64,000 nt of DNA from Proteromonas lacertae. Its lineage: Eukaryota. Below the pieces are notes generated by a model, which made no database searches, was not told the origin of the DNA, and was given only the letters and a program-made list of their open reading frames with translations. Of the stretch, positions 1-13,544 are shown piece after piece. Each line of letters opens with the position of its first letter. Positions within the stretch are counted from its first letter, which is position 1. The stretch lies in the NCBI GenBank assembly GCA_002245135.1, contig NGBS01000584.1, positions 62,001 through 126,000 on the forward strand. The letters are read 5' to 3'. The position numbers and the translations under genes are program-made.

Positions 1-1035
1 ATCGTAATGATAATGAAAATGATGATGAAAATGATGAAGAAGAAGAAAATGAAGAGGACAATATCAATAATAAAAACAAGAAGAAAGAAAAATCAGTATT
101 GCCTAATAAAACACAACACTTTAGTATTCCTGAATTAGGAGCATTTAATGTAACAAATGTAGTTGATGGATTTGAAGTTTTACATATAAAGTATATATAT
201 ATATATTGTTATTGTCATAGTTCAAGTGAATCAATATTAATGAACAGTCTTGTAGGAGATGTAATGGTAATATCACACAAAATAGAGAATAGAAATCCAA
301 CCAACTACATATATTCAGATGGTAAGTTAAAGAATTGTGTAATTTACTCCATATTATTTCCATTCAATATGTATTGTTCACCTGCCACATTTGCTGTCAC
401 TAACTTTACACTAAAATCGATGGTTTATATTCCACCACCAGATATCAAACTGAATGAAAATGACACAACAGATACTGAAAAAAGTGAAGGATGTAAATCA
501 TTAATGAATTATACTTCAATCATAAAAGGTAAAATTGTATATTTAGATAGAGGAGGTTGTAGTTTCTCATTGAAAGCGAAGAATGCTGAAGATGCTGGAG
601 CTGTTGGTTTAATAGTAGGTAACTTAGATACAGATCACGTCTTTACTATGTCTTCTACTCCAATTAATAATGTAACTGTTTATTCAAATATACCTGTTGT
701 AATGATTAAAAAGAGTGATGCAAATTTAATGAAATCTTTTATTATACAGAATCCTTATACACCCTGTAATGTGATGTTGAAATCTGATGTTGTAAAGAAA
801 GGTAGAATATCAGTATATATATTATATTATATTATATTATTTAATTATTGAATAGATATCAAAACAAATGTTTGCCACTTTTATTAATTGTATTAATTTC
901 AGAGTTTTATTAACACAAATACCAGGTACTGGTATGGCACAGTTAGCTATTTTACCACCTGAGAATAGTACTGCAACTACTACAGCAAATAAGAATAATT
1001 CAACCGATTCTTCGAAAATTAAAGGAAAGAAGTAA
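1..1035 (+). CDS. PA (protease-associated) domain protein, 5' part outside the window
   Basis: Motif IKGKIVYLDRGGCSFSLKAKNAEDAGAVGLIVGN...IPVVMIKK is typical of PA domains. GT-AG introns at about 192-220 and 813-856. Stop TAA at 1033-1035. Confidence 0.8.
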
Positions 1036-1143
1036 GTTCGTGTTTTTATTACTTTTAATTTATTATTTTTCCTGTCTTTATTGTTTTTATGGGTTATAGA
1101 ACCTCTGAACAAATACATTGACAATTAAATTACAGACTATTAT

Positions 1144-1681
1144 TTACATTTCACTCTTCTTCCATAGACGTATAAGAATTGCTATTATTCAAAGATGGTG
1201 GTGGCGGTGAATCAGTTGGAAGCAAAGTTACGGAGTTATAATATAAGCATTTTGATAATTCCTGAATAATATCACCTAAACCATAAATTGGTCGCCAATC
1301 ATCTATCACAGATAATTTTACAATTGAATTGTTATAACAAACTATAGGTTTTTGGCAAGGGTAGTGAGGCAGAACCTATTTCTTCGTTAATTAATACAAT
1401 ATACAGTATATGTAAAAATCTGTGGAGGATCATACGATGAATATACTATTTCTAACATCATAGGATTGTTATTTATGTAATTTAGATCAATGCAGCTCTT
1501 TCTACATTCTTCTGATATGCTTTTAATATCTACAAGTATTAAATAGCACTATACCTATGGCGAGCCTCATTTCACCTGTAGTTTTAGCTAATCTGATTTT
1601 CTTTATTTTTTCACACACTTGGTCATCTTCTGAATCACTAGCATAATCTTCATGTTTTCTTTTCGGAGGTTTATTATCCAT
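1144..1681 (-). CDS. Small UBC/E2-fold-like protein (Ubc12-like) lacking the catalytic HPN..C segment; 3 exons; absent from the ORF track
   Basis: Splicing two short GT-AG introns gives MDNKPPKRK...TTGEMRLAIDIKSI...FTYTVLPHYPCQKPIV...LSVIDDWRPIYGLGDIIQEL...EM*. This resembles E2 helix 1, the YP..P motif and the W.P motif. Confidence 0.55.
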
Positions 1682-1802
1682 AAAGGTCAAAGGCTAATCA
1701 CAACTAAGTATCAAAAATTAGATGGGTTTCAAAAATTGAAAGACGAAAACCGAACTTTTTTATACCTTCTCTTTTGAATTATTTCTCTTATTTACAAAAG
1801 AA

Positions 1803-3830
1803 ATGGATGAAATTGTATTTAAAAGTTGTTATTTGCTATGAAATAGTTGGCACTTCAAGAAGAGCTTATGAAGATTCAAAGCACTAGTAGTAGACAATCT
1901 CTATCAGAAAGAAACTGTGTTGACCTTGTTTTAAAATTAATTAGTTTGAAGAAAGTAGAAGTTATTGGGTATAAAATTTGTATTTAATATATCATAGAAC
2001 AATATCTGGTGTTCGTGAATATGTAACACCATCTCAACTTGATAAAGAAATAACTGAGACTATAGAATCAACAGGAGGAAGAGTAACGTATGAAGAACTT
2101 CAAGTATTGTTATTTTCGAATTTATTGTAGTCCTTGTTGAATATTGATATTAATTACATTGAAACGCATGTGAAAGCTATGATTGAGAAAGATTCATATT
2201 ATCAAATGTTGAATTCACAAACAATTGTCACTTCCAAATATGTAGATGGTGTTATAAGTCAATGCAAGGATTTAATAAGTGAAAAAGGTGAAATTTCTAT
2301 TGGAAGTTTGTGTAATATTATTGATTTACCTATAGAATTCTTATGTATATTTCATTATTCTACTACTTTTTCATTTAGCTAATCTACTTGGAAATCGCCT
2401 TAAGAATGATAATTCAGTTTATAGTAGAAATGGTAAATTTTACAGTAATGCATTCTACAATCAAGAAAAGTGTAAATTATTAGGAACAATCAGAGGATGT
2501 ACAATTCCTACCTTATTATCTACACTCTATTCATTGTATTGTTATAAATTATTATTTATTATATAATAGATCTGATGTAGAATCATCCTTTGGAGATGAT
2601 ATATTGAATGATTTAATGAAGGATAATTGCTTATTGGGTAATATAGTAAATCAATTGGAATATGTTCCTTCTATATTTATAAAGAATCAAGTATTATATT
2701 GTCTTATTATATATTGTTGTTATAGAAACAAGCTGTGCTTGATTATTATAATTCTAATAATTATATGGAATTCAGTAGAGCTGAAGATTTAAGAGTATTA
2801 TATTCTAATGTTATTGTTATTATTATCTATTAGATTGATAATCCAATCAAATATTTTGAATCGAATTTTAAAGATTGTATTATCTTAGCAAGTTGCGTTT
2901 GTTCAACAGAAATATATACGAATTTAGAACATAGAATTGAAGAATTATATTCTGAAATGGTATATATGAAATATATTATGTATATGAATAGAATATATTG
3001 GATGTAAGAACAATTTTACCAGAAGCTTTCACTACTGAAGATTGTTCAATGTTGATAAGAAAATATCCAGTATAATATAACACAGTCTATTATTAGGGAG
3101 TAAAAGACAAATATGACAGTAATGTAGCAGTAAAAGATAAATGTGAATTAATAATATGTAATGACGTGTTTATTATTCCATCTAAATATATTCAATCATT
3201 GATCTCGTTATTCATTGTATAATTAATGCTTATGATTATAAATAATATAGAAACCTGCTGAAGAAGGTGCAGCTAAATATATGAAAGAAATGGAAGAATA
3301 TGGAAGACAGTATATAACATAGAATATTATCAATAGAAATGATTCAAATAATGTAGAAGAAGATGACAATGCATCAGATGATGAGAGTCTTAATAACAGT
3401 AAAAGAGGAAGGAAGGGAAAAGGAGGTGGTGGTAAAAAGAAAGGTAAAGCAGATACACCAAAAGAGAAGAGTGAAAAGAATAATAAAAAATCAACAAAAA
3501 TAAAGAAACCTTCGCTATTAACAACAAAAGAAATAGAATCAATACTAAGATCAATATCTTTTTTTTTAGCTTATAATTCAATAAATGATTAGTTTTTTGT
3601 TAATTGATATTTTTTTACAACAAAATCCAAAGTGAAGTGATTGAATTTATTAGTGAATCATTATATAATGATGTTTATGATTTATATGTATATATATATA
3701 TATTATTAATTATGATGTAGTCACATGCCTATTCTGAGATGAAATCTACTCTTTCAACATCTTCATCCAAATCAATCAGTAAGAAAGCATTATCAAAAGA
3801 GTTTAATAATATGTTTGGTGGAATATTTAG

Positions 3831-3873
<43 letters not shown>

Positions 3874-4591
3874 TATTATCTTTATTTAATTAGATGTTAT
3901 TATATCAGAAGTGTATTAATGAATTAACTCGTACAATCTCTCCAGATGAAGCATATATGAAAGCTATAATTAGTTGTTATTGTAGTGGTTATATTAAGTC
4001 ATGTATATTATCATTCATTGCTTACACTGCCATTCAATATGATGTAACTTTACCAGAAGGAACTGAGAATATAACAGATATACTGCAAGCAAGAACAATA
4101 ATCAAATTATTCCCAATGAAAATGCAAAATCACTTTTTACAGTTGTTTGATTTTTTGAAGAAGAAAGATTACAATACAATAATTACATACATTGAAGATC
4201 ATTCTGATGAATTGTTATTGACAATACCAAAATTTGATAAGAAATCTGAGAAACAATTGTTATTTAAACATCGCATGCAGATTTTAGAAGAGTTAAAAAA
4301 TTCTACAATTGATGACTTTCATTTTTTACAAAATCATATTCAGTTGTTGTATATTTTGAATTTAAAATGTTTACCACCAGTTATGGAGAGAACTGAAGTA
4401 TTATAATATATTATTATATTCATATATAGTACTTATTATCACTTTTAATTCCTGTTAAATCATTCATAGCAGAAGAAATATATGAATTGTTAAATTCGAT
4501 ATTATCAACAGATCCATTATCATTGACAGTAGACCAAAAGGAGAAGATATTGGAATTATCACATTATGAACCTAAGAAAGCTGAAGAGTGA
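1803..4591 (+). CDS. UFL1: E3 UFM1-protein ligase 1, multi-exon
   Basis: Spliced N-terminus MDEILALQEELMKIQ...LSERNCVDLVLKLI...EYVTPSQLDKEI...GGRV matches the UFL1 N-terminus. Central basic GKGGGGKKKGK region present. Stop TGA at 4589-4591. Confidence 0.85.
3554..3618 (+). other. Candidate AT-AC (U12-type) intron in UFL1, 65 nt
   Basis: Starts ATATCTTTT, contains TTTTGTTAAT about 14 nt before the terminal TAC. Removal bypasses an in-frame TAG and gives ...ILRS|NKIQSEVIEF. Confidence 0.6.
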
Positions 4592-4762
4592 ATGTGAATA
4601 TTGTTTTTTATTTTTGGGGTTATGAAAAAAGTTTCAAACCATTAATCAAACATATTTTCTTTTTTTTGTTTTTGTCTTATTGAATCATATAAATGCTTCA
4701 AAAACATTCACATTGTAAATAAAATCAATAGTGTTTTATAATGTAAGAATAGAAAGCTTTAT

Positions 4763-6681
4763 TTACCAATCATCATCGTTAGTATCTTGTTTTAGTATTT
4801 TGGCTCTTTTTTGTAATGCTTCCAGTACTAAGCTGTTGCAACCGCTGTGAGTTTCTGTCTTTTGTAGAGATCTATCAAAGAAATATAAAGTTTATATACA
4901 GTTTAGTTTTATCTTCAGTGTCAACATGTTTTAATTTCGATTTATTGAACGATTGGATAGATTCAAGAATGTTATCTATAAATGATAATAATAATTGGGT
5001 AATATCATACTCGGAGAAGTTTTATTTGGTTTATCAATGCTATTAGAACGTGATTCCGTTGATACTGGTTTTAATTTACTTTTATTAAAGCCTTTTATAG
5101 CATCACCAATACTTGGTGGTATTCTTTTATCTGTAACAGATGAAGTTGTTGTTTCTGTGATTGGTGTAGCTTTCTTTAGTTCAGATTTATTGAATCCTTG
5201 AATAGCTGCTAATAGTGATTTATTAGGTTTTACCACATCATCATTATCATTATTATCAGATTGTTGTGTTTGTTTAGAAATCTTTCTCTCTGGAACAGGA
5301 GGTGGTGGAGGAGGAGGTGTTGGTAATGATGATGGTTTAATAGATAATTCAGGTGGTTTTGACATTGGTAATGGTGGTGGAGGTGGTGAAGATAATGGAA
5401 TATCATTATTATCATCATCATCAATAACAGGAGGAGGAATAGGAGGTGGTAGTGGTTTTGCTAAATCATCATTATCTTCTTTAACAGTAATAGGTGGTCG
5501 TGATGATGGTAAGGGTGGTGGTGGTGGAGGAGGTGGTAATGATGAAGGAGGCATATCATCATCATCAGTAATAATAACATCATGTGATTGTTCAGGAGGT
5601 AATGGGAAATCTGGAACTTGATTGGGTAATACCATATTAGTAGTAGTATTAGTAATGTTTCTATTAATGTTAGCTGTATTTCTAATAGGAGTATCTTGAA
5701 CAATAGGAGGTGGTATTATCTTCATTACAGGTGTAGGAGATTCAATAGGAGGAGGAACTTGAGGAAATACAGGTGGAATATCAAAACCGCCATTATAGGA
5801 TGATTGTTGTTGTTGTTGTTGTTGTATTGGTGGAGGTTGTAATGGTAATTGTGGTGGTGGAGGTGGTGGAGGTAATGAAGTAGTAGTGGTTGATGTTGCA
5901 GTATTAACTGATTGTGGTAATTTTGGAAGTGGAGGTATTATATTGCTAGCAGGTAATGGAGGTAAAGGAGGTAATGGTGGTGGTACATTACTTGGTGTTG
6001 TAGTTGTTGGAGTAGATGTTGATGAATAACTTGACTGCATTGATAATGGTGTTACTGGTGGTGAATATTGTGGTGTAAATGGTGGTTGAATTCCTGGATC
6101 ATGTTTGGAATTATTATTGGCAATTTCAAGTGGAATTTGATTTAATGGAACACTGTCATATCCTTTTACTCTAAATGTGCTCTGTATTACTGTACATGTG
6201 CTTGATGTGTTTTTAGCTTCTAATTTCAGTACGGTTTTCATTTTGCTGATGAATTTTGTTGCTGCTTTTGTATCAACAAATGCTATTCCAGCTATACATT
6301 CAACATCTATTTTAATTGGTATAGAATAGATTGTAACGACACTTGGATCTTGAGTCACTTCTAATTTTGAAGTTATTCTAATCTCCAGTATTACTACACT
6401 ACAAGGTCTACGCTTTAACTAATGGATGTAGTATAATTAAATATACAGTATCAACTTGATAGAGTCTTAGTGAATGGTAATGTTCCTTACGGTTGATCAC
6501 AATAGCATATGCACCACTGATTCCTGAGTTCTTCCAGTTGACTAAACAGAATACATATTTATATTGTTATACCTGTACGATTTTCTTTTAATAGGAAATG
6601 TCCAAAAGCTATAAAGAGAGCACTTTCATAGCCTGGCATGCCAACAGCTATTTCAAAATCTTTCACTGAAATAGGATCCAT
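4763..6681 (-). CDS. WASP-family-like actin nucleation-promoting factor (putative WH1/EVH1, polyproline, 3x WH2, C, acidic-Trp tail)
   Basis: Long PPPP tracts. Three WH2/thymosin-like repeats (LLAAIQGFNKSELKK, IGDAIKGFNKSKLKPV, ILESIQSFNKSKLKHV). Spliced C-terminus LVLEALQKRAKILKQDTNDDDW*. Confidence 0.75.
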
Positions 6682-6777
6682 TCTTACTCTTTCTGATGAG
6701 ATAAGCAAAGAAGAAAAAGTAAAAAAATAAAGTGATCTGTGAGTTTAATCTATATATATTTTCAAAAATTTAAGTGA

Positions 6778-6849
6778 GGCCTTGTGGTGTAATGGTTAGC
6801 ACTAGGGACTCTGAATCCCTCGATCCGAGTTCAAGTCTCGGCAAGGCCT
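6778..6849 (+). tRNA. tRNA-Gln (anticodon CTG)
   Basis: Cloverleaf with acceptor GGCCTTG/CAAGGCC, anticodon arm AGGGA-CTCTGAA-TCCCT and T-loop TTCAAGT. Followed by a T7 Pol III terminator. Confidence 0.95.
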
Positions 6850-7180
6850 AATTTTTTTGTTTTTTTCAATCCTTTCTTTTTATTATAGAATGATGTTAAA
6901 ATACTCCATTTTATTTGTAAAGAAGATTATCCAAAGTTAGTGATATAATTGAGAAAAGATATAGTTACTATTTTGAATAATCCACCTTATGATAAATATA
7001 GATAGTAGAAAACTCAAAAATAAAAGAATATGATAATAATCTATCTATTCCTTTTTTATTTTGTAAATAAAAAGTGAAATACAACCAAGTGTATTAATTC
7101 ATATTTATACACTGTATTGCAAAAATTATAACTGTCATTTTAGTAGTTGATAGTTTTCACAGTGTTGTAAGGGATATAGA

Positions 7181-10100
7181 ATGTATTCAAGAACTCCAAA
7201 CAGTTCAAGAAGGTATCAGTCATCCAACAGATCGCGTTCTGTTGGAATAGACCACAATCGAATGGGTAATACACCCAACAGAGGTCAGAATGACTTTTAT
7301 GAACTAAGATCTAGAGTATTACTACATATTATATATTGATCTATAGTTTGAAGATGTTACTTCCAACGTTGCGCATTTAAAACAATTAGTTGTATGACAA
7401 TTATCATTTTTATTATAATTTATTAGGAATCAATGAAAGCTACAAACAATAACATAAGATCCACTCCATCTAAAGTATGTATTACCTATTTTTTATCAAT
7501 TAATAGTATTTTGTTCCTCAGAGTGTTCCGCAAGCATCACCAACTGCATCAGTATATTTCAACTCTTTATATTCTAACAATAGTTTCTTGTAAATTCTCC
7601 ACCAGCAAATAGACATCTTGATTATGTCTCATCACCAAATATAAGATCACCAATTGCGCAAGGGGTTGGAATGAGTTCTTCACCAAACAACAATTATTCA
7701 AAATACACTTCATCTCCTTATATTAACGTTGGTTCTCCTACAGCTGGAGGTGTTGGTTCTGTTGGAAGTCCATCATTTCTTTCATCTCCAGGAATTCAGC
7801 AACAGCAACGACAACAAAGTCCATTTATGGGAGATAATATATCAGATAAATATATGAAGATGGTAAATCATTCCCAAGAATTGAACAAACAATTACATGA
7901 ATTGAAATTGACAATAATTCAAAAGGATGATGAAATATTTAACTTAAAAAGACAATTAACACAAAAACAATCAGATGTAACTGATATGATAAGAAAAATA
8001 GGATCACCCACAAAATCTTCTCCATCATCCAATTATCAAGGAGATTTAATAAACTTAATTGCTCAAACACAAAAGAAGTATGAAGAACAAAGAGCTCAGA
8101 ATTTGGAACTATCAAATAGACTGTCAATTATGAATAGTGATAATGTCAAGTATCAACAAATGATAAGTGATTTACAAGCTGAATTAGATAATCAGAGGAA
8201 TAATGAGAATTTATATCAACAGAAGTATAGTTTAATGGAACAGAATTATCAACAGCAAATAGAAATGTTGAAAAAAGAAAAGAATAACTTATCTCAACAA
8301 ATGAATGGCAATTATCAAGATTCAATATCACAGTATGAATCAGAAATAATGAATTTGAAGCAACAATTAGAACAAATGACACTTGAAAAGGAACATTTAG
8401 AATTACAGTTAGTAGCTAATTCAAACCAACATGAGAGTATCAATAAAGAGAATGATAATGAATTGGAAGAAATGCATAATCAGTTAAGTCAATTGCACTT
8501 GAAATTAGCCAACTCTGAAAAAGAAAAGTTTGATTTAAAAGAGCAAATTCATAATTTAATATTAGATAAGAATAGTAATGAAAATAAGATTAATCAGTTA
8601 GAGAAAGAATTGAAAGATAAAGACAGTAATGACGTTCCAATAAGACCTGCAATGGGAAAAGGATTAAGAAGTAAATCACCTAAAAATATAACTGATAAAA
8701 TAGAATATTATAGACAAAAATTGATGGTGTTATACTGTGAAAATACAGATTTACATTACAAAATTAAGCAATTAAAAGCAGGATATAATTCGTCTTCATC
8801 AAGTGATAATGAGAATGAAAAAGATGGAGAAAAAGAAGAAGGATTTAATGAAGAAGAAAAGAATATTCGTGAGGAACTAGAGAATCAAATAAATACATTA
8901 CAAGACGAATTAGAAAAAGCTTATAATGAGATTGAAAGATTAAAATCGCATGATTCATCAGATAATTTAGATTCTCAACAAAATGAAACACAAACTATAG
9001 ACGTTGAATCTCATCCAACTTCTACACAAACAGCAGCTATTGAATCAAGTCATGATGGAACTCAAACACCTAAAGTGGAATTACAACAAAATGAAACTCA
9101 AACAAATGTTCAGACAAATAATGATATGAATTCTGATGAAGAAAATAATAACCAAGAATTATTAAATGAAATTCAAAAGTATGTTGAAGAAGTAAGAAGA
9201 TTAAGTGAAGAAAATATGAAATTGAAAGAAGAATTAGATTCAATCAAAAACAATGAAGTAAAAGATAATAATGAAATGTTGTTAGAAGAAAAAGAAGAAA
9301 CTATAAAAGTATTATCACAAAAAATATCAGAGATGAATGAAGAATATATGGAATCAGAGAATCAATTTAAAGAAGAAATATATCAAAAGGAAGAGATTAT
9401 AAATCAATTGCAACAAGAATTAAACAATACAGAAAGAAACGAAACAAAAACAGAACAGGATGAAGAGATTCAAGAAAATTATGAATCTGCATTAAGAAGG
9501 GTAGAAGAATTAGAAGAAGAATGTTCATCTTTAAGAGAGCAGTTAGATTCAGCTAATAAGAATGATAATAATAATGAAGATTCAACATCAGAAATTAATG
9601 TTTTAAAAGAAGCAATTGAAAATAGAATGAATGAGATTGAAGAATTGAAACAAGATATAGAAATGTTAAAGAATGAATTAGATCAGAAGAATGAAGCAAT
9701 TGAAGAATTAAACACCCAAATCGATTTGTTACATAATGATAATGAAAACATCAAAACAAAATTAGATGAGTCTTTAGAATCAAATCCAGAAAAAGAAAAT
9801 AAAGGTAATGATATAAATGAAGATTTATTAAGTAAAATTAATGAACAAGATAGTATTATTAAAGCTCAAGATTTAGAGATTAATGAGTTAAGAGAACAAA
9901 ACCAACAAACTGCAGTATTGATTGAGCAAAACAAAATGCTGAATGATAGAATAATTCAATTAACAATGTCATTAAATTCAGTGAAGGAATCACCAAAGAA
10001 CAATAACAAGTACTTTAATGATGAAGATGATGATGTTGAAGTATTACCAAATGGTGAAGAAAGTGATAATAACAAAGACAATAATAATAATGAAAATGAA

Positions 10101-10739
10101 AATGATGAAAAAACTACAACAGAAAATCCACAACAACAAGAGAATGAAGAACAACAACAATTACCTCAATATCAAGAAAAGATATCATCATCATCAATGG
10201 AAAACTATGAAAAAGAATTATCTGAAATGGCAGGTAAATATGAAGATAATGAAAGGGATGAAGAAGAAGATAACAATGTGCTAGATGATTCACAATTATT
10301 GAATAGTAGTGATGAAGAGGAAATGGAAGATGAAGATCATCAAACATCATCGCAAAAGGAACAAGATGTAACAGTCATCCATCATGATAATAATGTAGAA
10401 AATATTGAAAATGACAATGACAATGAGAAGGAAGATGATAATAAAGAAATAGAAGATAATCAAGATAGAATTCCTCCTCCACCTCCAGAACAAGAAGAAG
10501 GAAATGAAGAAAGAGATAATACTCATGATATGGAAGATGATGAAGAGAATGATTATCAGCAACAAAGAGTTCAATTTTCTAAAGAAAATCCAGAATACAA
10601 TTATTATGATAATGGAGAAGAAGAAGAAGAAGAGAATGATGAAGATATTCAACAACCATATTATGATAACTATAATGGTATTAAAAATTATGATGATGAA
10701 GTAGATGAGGGTATTGAAGAAGAAGATGATTTAGAATAG
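7181..10739 (+). CDS. Large coiled-coil protein with SP-rich N-terminus and acidic C-terminus
   Basis: Four short GT-AG introns join ATG 7181 to the 1022-aa ORF, which is heptad-rich in E/K/Q/N. Confidence 0.7.
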
Positions 10740-10787
10740 AATGAAAAAACATATTAAATCAAATTAAGAAAAATTACTTATATTTTA

Positions 10788-11227
10788 TTATTTTACTAAC
10801 CTAGCTGTTGCATTGGGAGGATATGACTTTGTTAAAGTCCTTTCAGAGACTATTTGCAAATATTATTATATACTGAATAAATACAAAATTTTTGTTTATA
10901 TGAAAAATTGAGATTGTACGATTCATCTTTTTCCAGTTCATCAAACATTTGCAACATTAAATCGCATGAAGCTCTGCTACACCTGATACACAACAAATCG
11001 GGATGTCCTGTTATATATGTCACTAATTACATCTAAAATCCTATATACATTGAATATTTTGTATTGTTCCTAGTCCATAAAATCCAAAATGTGTTGTAAA
11101 ATAATCCTAAATATATATATTTGTCATTAAATACTCTTATTTCTTCTTTCATATTCTTAACATATTCTTTCGAATCAACTTTCTTCTGATTTATCTGAAT
11201 TACAAAATAAACTAACTTTATTCGCAT
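10788..11227 (-). CDS. Probable Pop5/Rpp14-family RNase P/MRP subunit, 4 exons
   Basis: Spliced MRIKLVYFVIQI...EEIRDYFTTHFGFYGLGTIQNIQLTYITGHPDLLCIRCSR resembles the Pop5 pattern (M.R.K..Y, FG..G, IIRC.R). Confidence 0.5.
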
Positions 11228-11304
11228 AAAAATCGACTATTAAATATTAAGCTTGGCTTGTAATTCTTTTATCTGGTTTGATTTGATTTCTGTTTTTCTA
11301 TTCA

Positions 11305-12111
11305 ATGTTGGGTTTATTTAGAAAAGGAATTTACAAAGTATAAATATTAGTGCTATTATCTTTTCATTTGATCATTCTTATAATTATTATATACAATTTA
11401 TTTCTATTTTACTTTTATAGGTTGGAACTATGTTCAGAGAAACTGGATTAGCTTTAGATCGTGCTAGTTATCAATGGGCTAAATCAAATTTACCCCAAGA
11501 AACATGTATTCTACGTAAATATCTATTCTTTCATAGTCAGCAGAAATAGACCATTGATGAACATTGTGTCACTAAAACCTAAAGCAGCAAAAGATTGCTT
11601 TGTTGCTCCAACTGCTTGTGTTATTGGTGATGTTTATCTTAATGAACAAAGTTCAGTTTGGTACAATGTAGTAATACGTGGAGATTATAACAAGGTCATA
11701 GTTGGAAAATGTTCAAATATACAAGAAGGAAGTGTAATTACAACAGAAGAAAGAACAATGGAAAGACCAAATACCTCGGTGGTTATTGGAAATCATGTCA
11801 CTATTGGTCATGGAGCTAGATTACATTGTTGTGAAGTAGGAGATACATCTTTAATAGGCATGGGTGCACTTTTATGTGAAGGAGTAAAAGTAGGAAGCGG
11901 ATCACTCGTTGGAGCTGGATCAGTGGTTAAACCAGGAACAGTAATACCAGATGGAGAATTATGGGCTGGTTCACCTGCTTCATTTAAGCGTAAATTAACA
12001 CCTGAAGAAATTAAAGGCCAATTGAAACAAGCTACTGACTATCATATTTGTGCTGATAATCATAAAGTTGAATTTAAAGAAAAAGAAGAATATTATGATG
12101 GATTTATCTAA
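11305..12111 (+). CDS. Mitochondrial gamma-carbonic anhydrase(-like) protein, complex I accessory subunit type
   Basis: N-terminal exons give GTMFRETGLALDR. Hexapeptide repeats FVAPTACVIGDV...VWYNVVIRGD...NIQEG...TIGHGARLH. Two introns. Confidence 0.9.
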
Positions 12112-12246
12112 ATCCTGATATTCTAGAGAGAAGCTTCTCACTTTTTGGTTGAAAGAGATGTTAATTAATGTTTTTAATATTATTTTCATATATATATATA
12201 AAAATGAATATGTGTTTTTTGTATTTAGATTAAATAATTATTTAAA

Positions 12247-13510
12247 TTACATCATAAAATCAAGCATCAATGGATCAACAACTTCAGAATCAGAATCTGT
12301 ATCATAATCTCCATTATGACCAGTCGCTTTCCTCAGTTCAGAAGCAGTCATACTAATCTTCTTCATTGGATCTGTTACTTCACTTTGTATTATAGATGCC
12401 CTTTGTCTTGTAATCTTCTCCATTATTGGATCATATTTCTGATCAGTTTGACAGAATCTCTGTCTCTTCACAAATTCAGAATAATAATTAAAACACTTTT
12501 GACATACTTCTACTTCTTCAAATTGTTCTTTTTTACATCCCTTCAATAATTCAGGTTGTCTTAAATATCTACACTGTAATATATTATAATAAGGAATAAC
12601 ATATTTTCTTTTAGAAGCTCTAAGTACATCTGGAAATAATGTATTGTTGTTGGTATTTCCTTGTTTTTTACAAATATCTCCAGGACAATTAAACTTTACA
12701 GATTTTCTCTTTCGTGTAAATGTTTCTGGCAATTCTATTGGTCGACGGATTTGTGCTGTTTTTCCACAGTGTACTTCATCAGATAAAATTATTTCCTTTT
12801 CTTTCCATTCTTTAATAATCTGTTCAGTAGATTCTATTCATAAATATATTAAATAAATAATACTCTTTTTACTTCTAATCACATTCTCTTTCAATTCAAA
12901 ATCTTTAATTTCCAACATATACCAATTATTCTCACTAGTTTGAATATAATCAGCAATCACTGTATTAAATGAAAATCCTAATACATTTTCCATTTCACTT
13001 ACTAATACAGATAATGCTGATTTGGGAGTAATAAAGTCTTCATGTTTGGCAGTAATAATATCAAATGTATCAGGTTTACTAGTCTGTATATACCAACTAT
13101 CTACATCCTTTATATCAATTGGGTTCTTATTCTGTAATAAATAGGCTAATGGTTCTACTAAATTCTGTTTCCATATAATTCTTACAATCTCAGTTCTTGC
13201 TGAACATGGAATTAAGAAGTGTTGAATACATGAACCAGATTTTGTATTGTGTCTATATGTCTTTGAAATTATTTGCTTTGAATTAAATCTATATTAATAT
13301 TAATAATAATCATATGTAATTATACAAAAACTCTATTTCATTAGATTGAAAATCTGAAGATACTTCTTTATACACAGCAACTGGAAAACCTGGTGGATTC
13401 TTAGGCAATGATTGTATAAATGATTGAACAGCTGCACTTACTTCACCACCTGATACTAACTCTAATTTACTTAGCTCTTCAATATTCTTGTGTTTTTGTA
13501 ACATAAAACT

Positions 13511-13544
<34 letters not shown>

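Noticed and set aside
3835..3870. (TA)n and (TAA)n microsatellites, also near 13514-13545 and 35013-35047
   Set aside because: These are simple slippage expansions inside short introns with no further structure.
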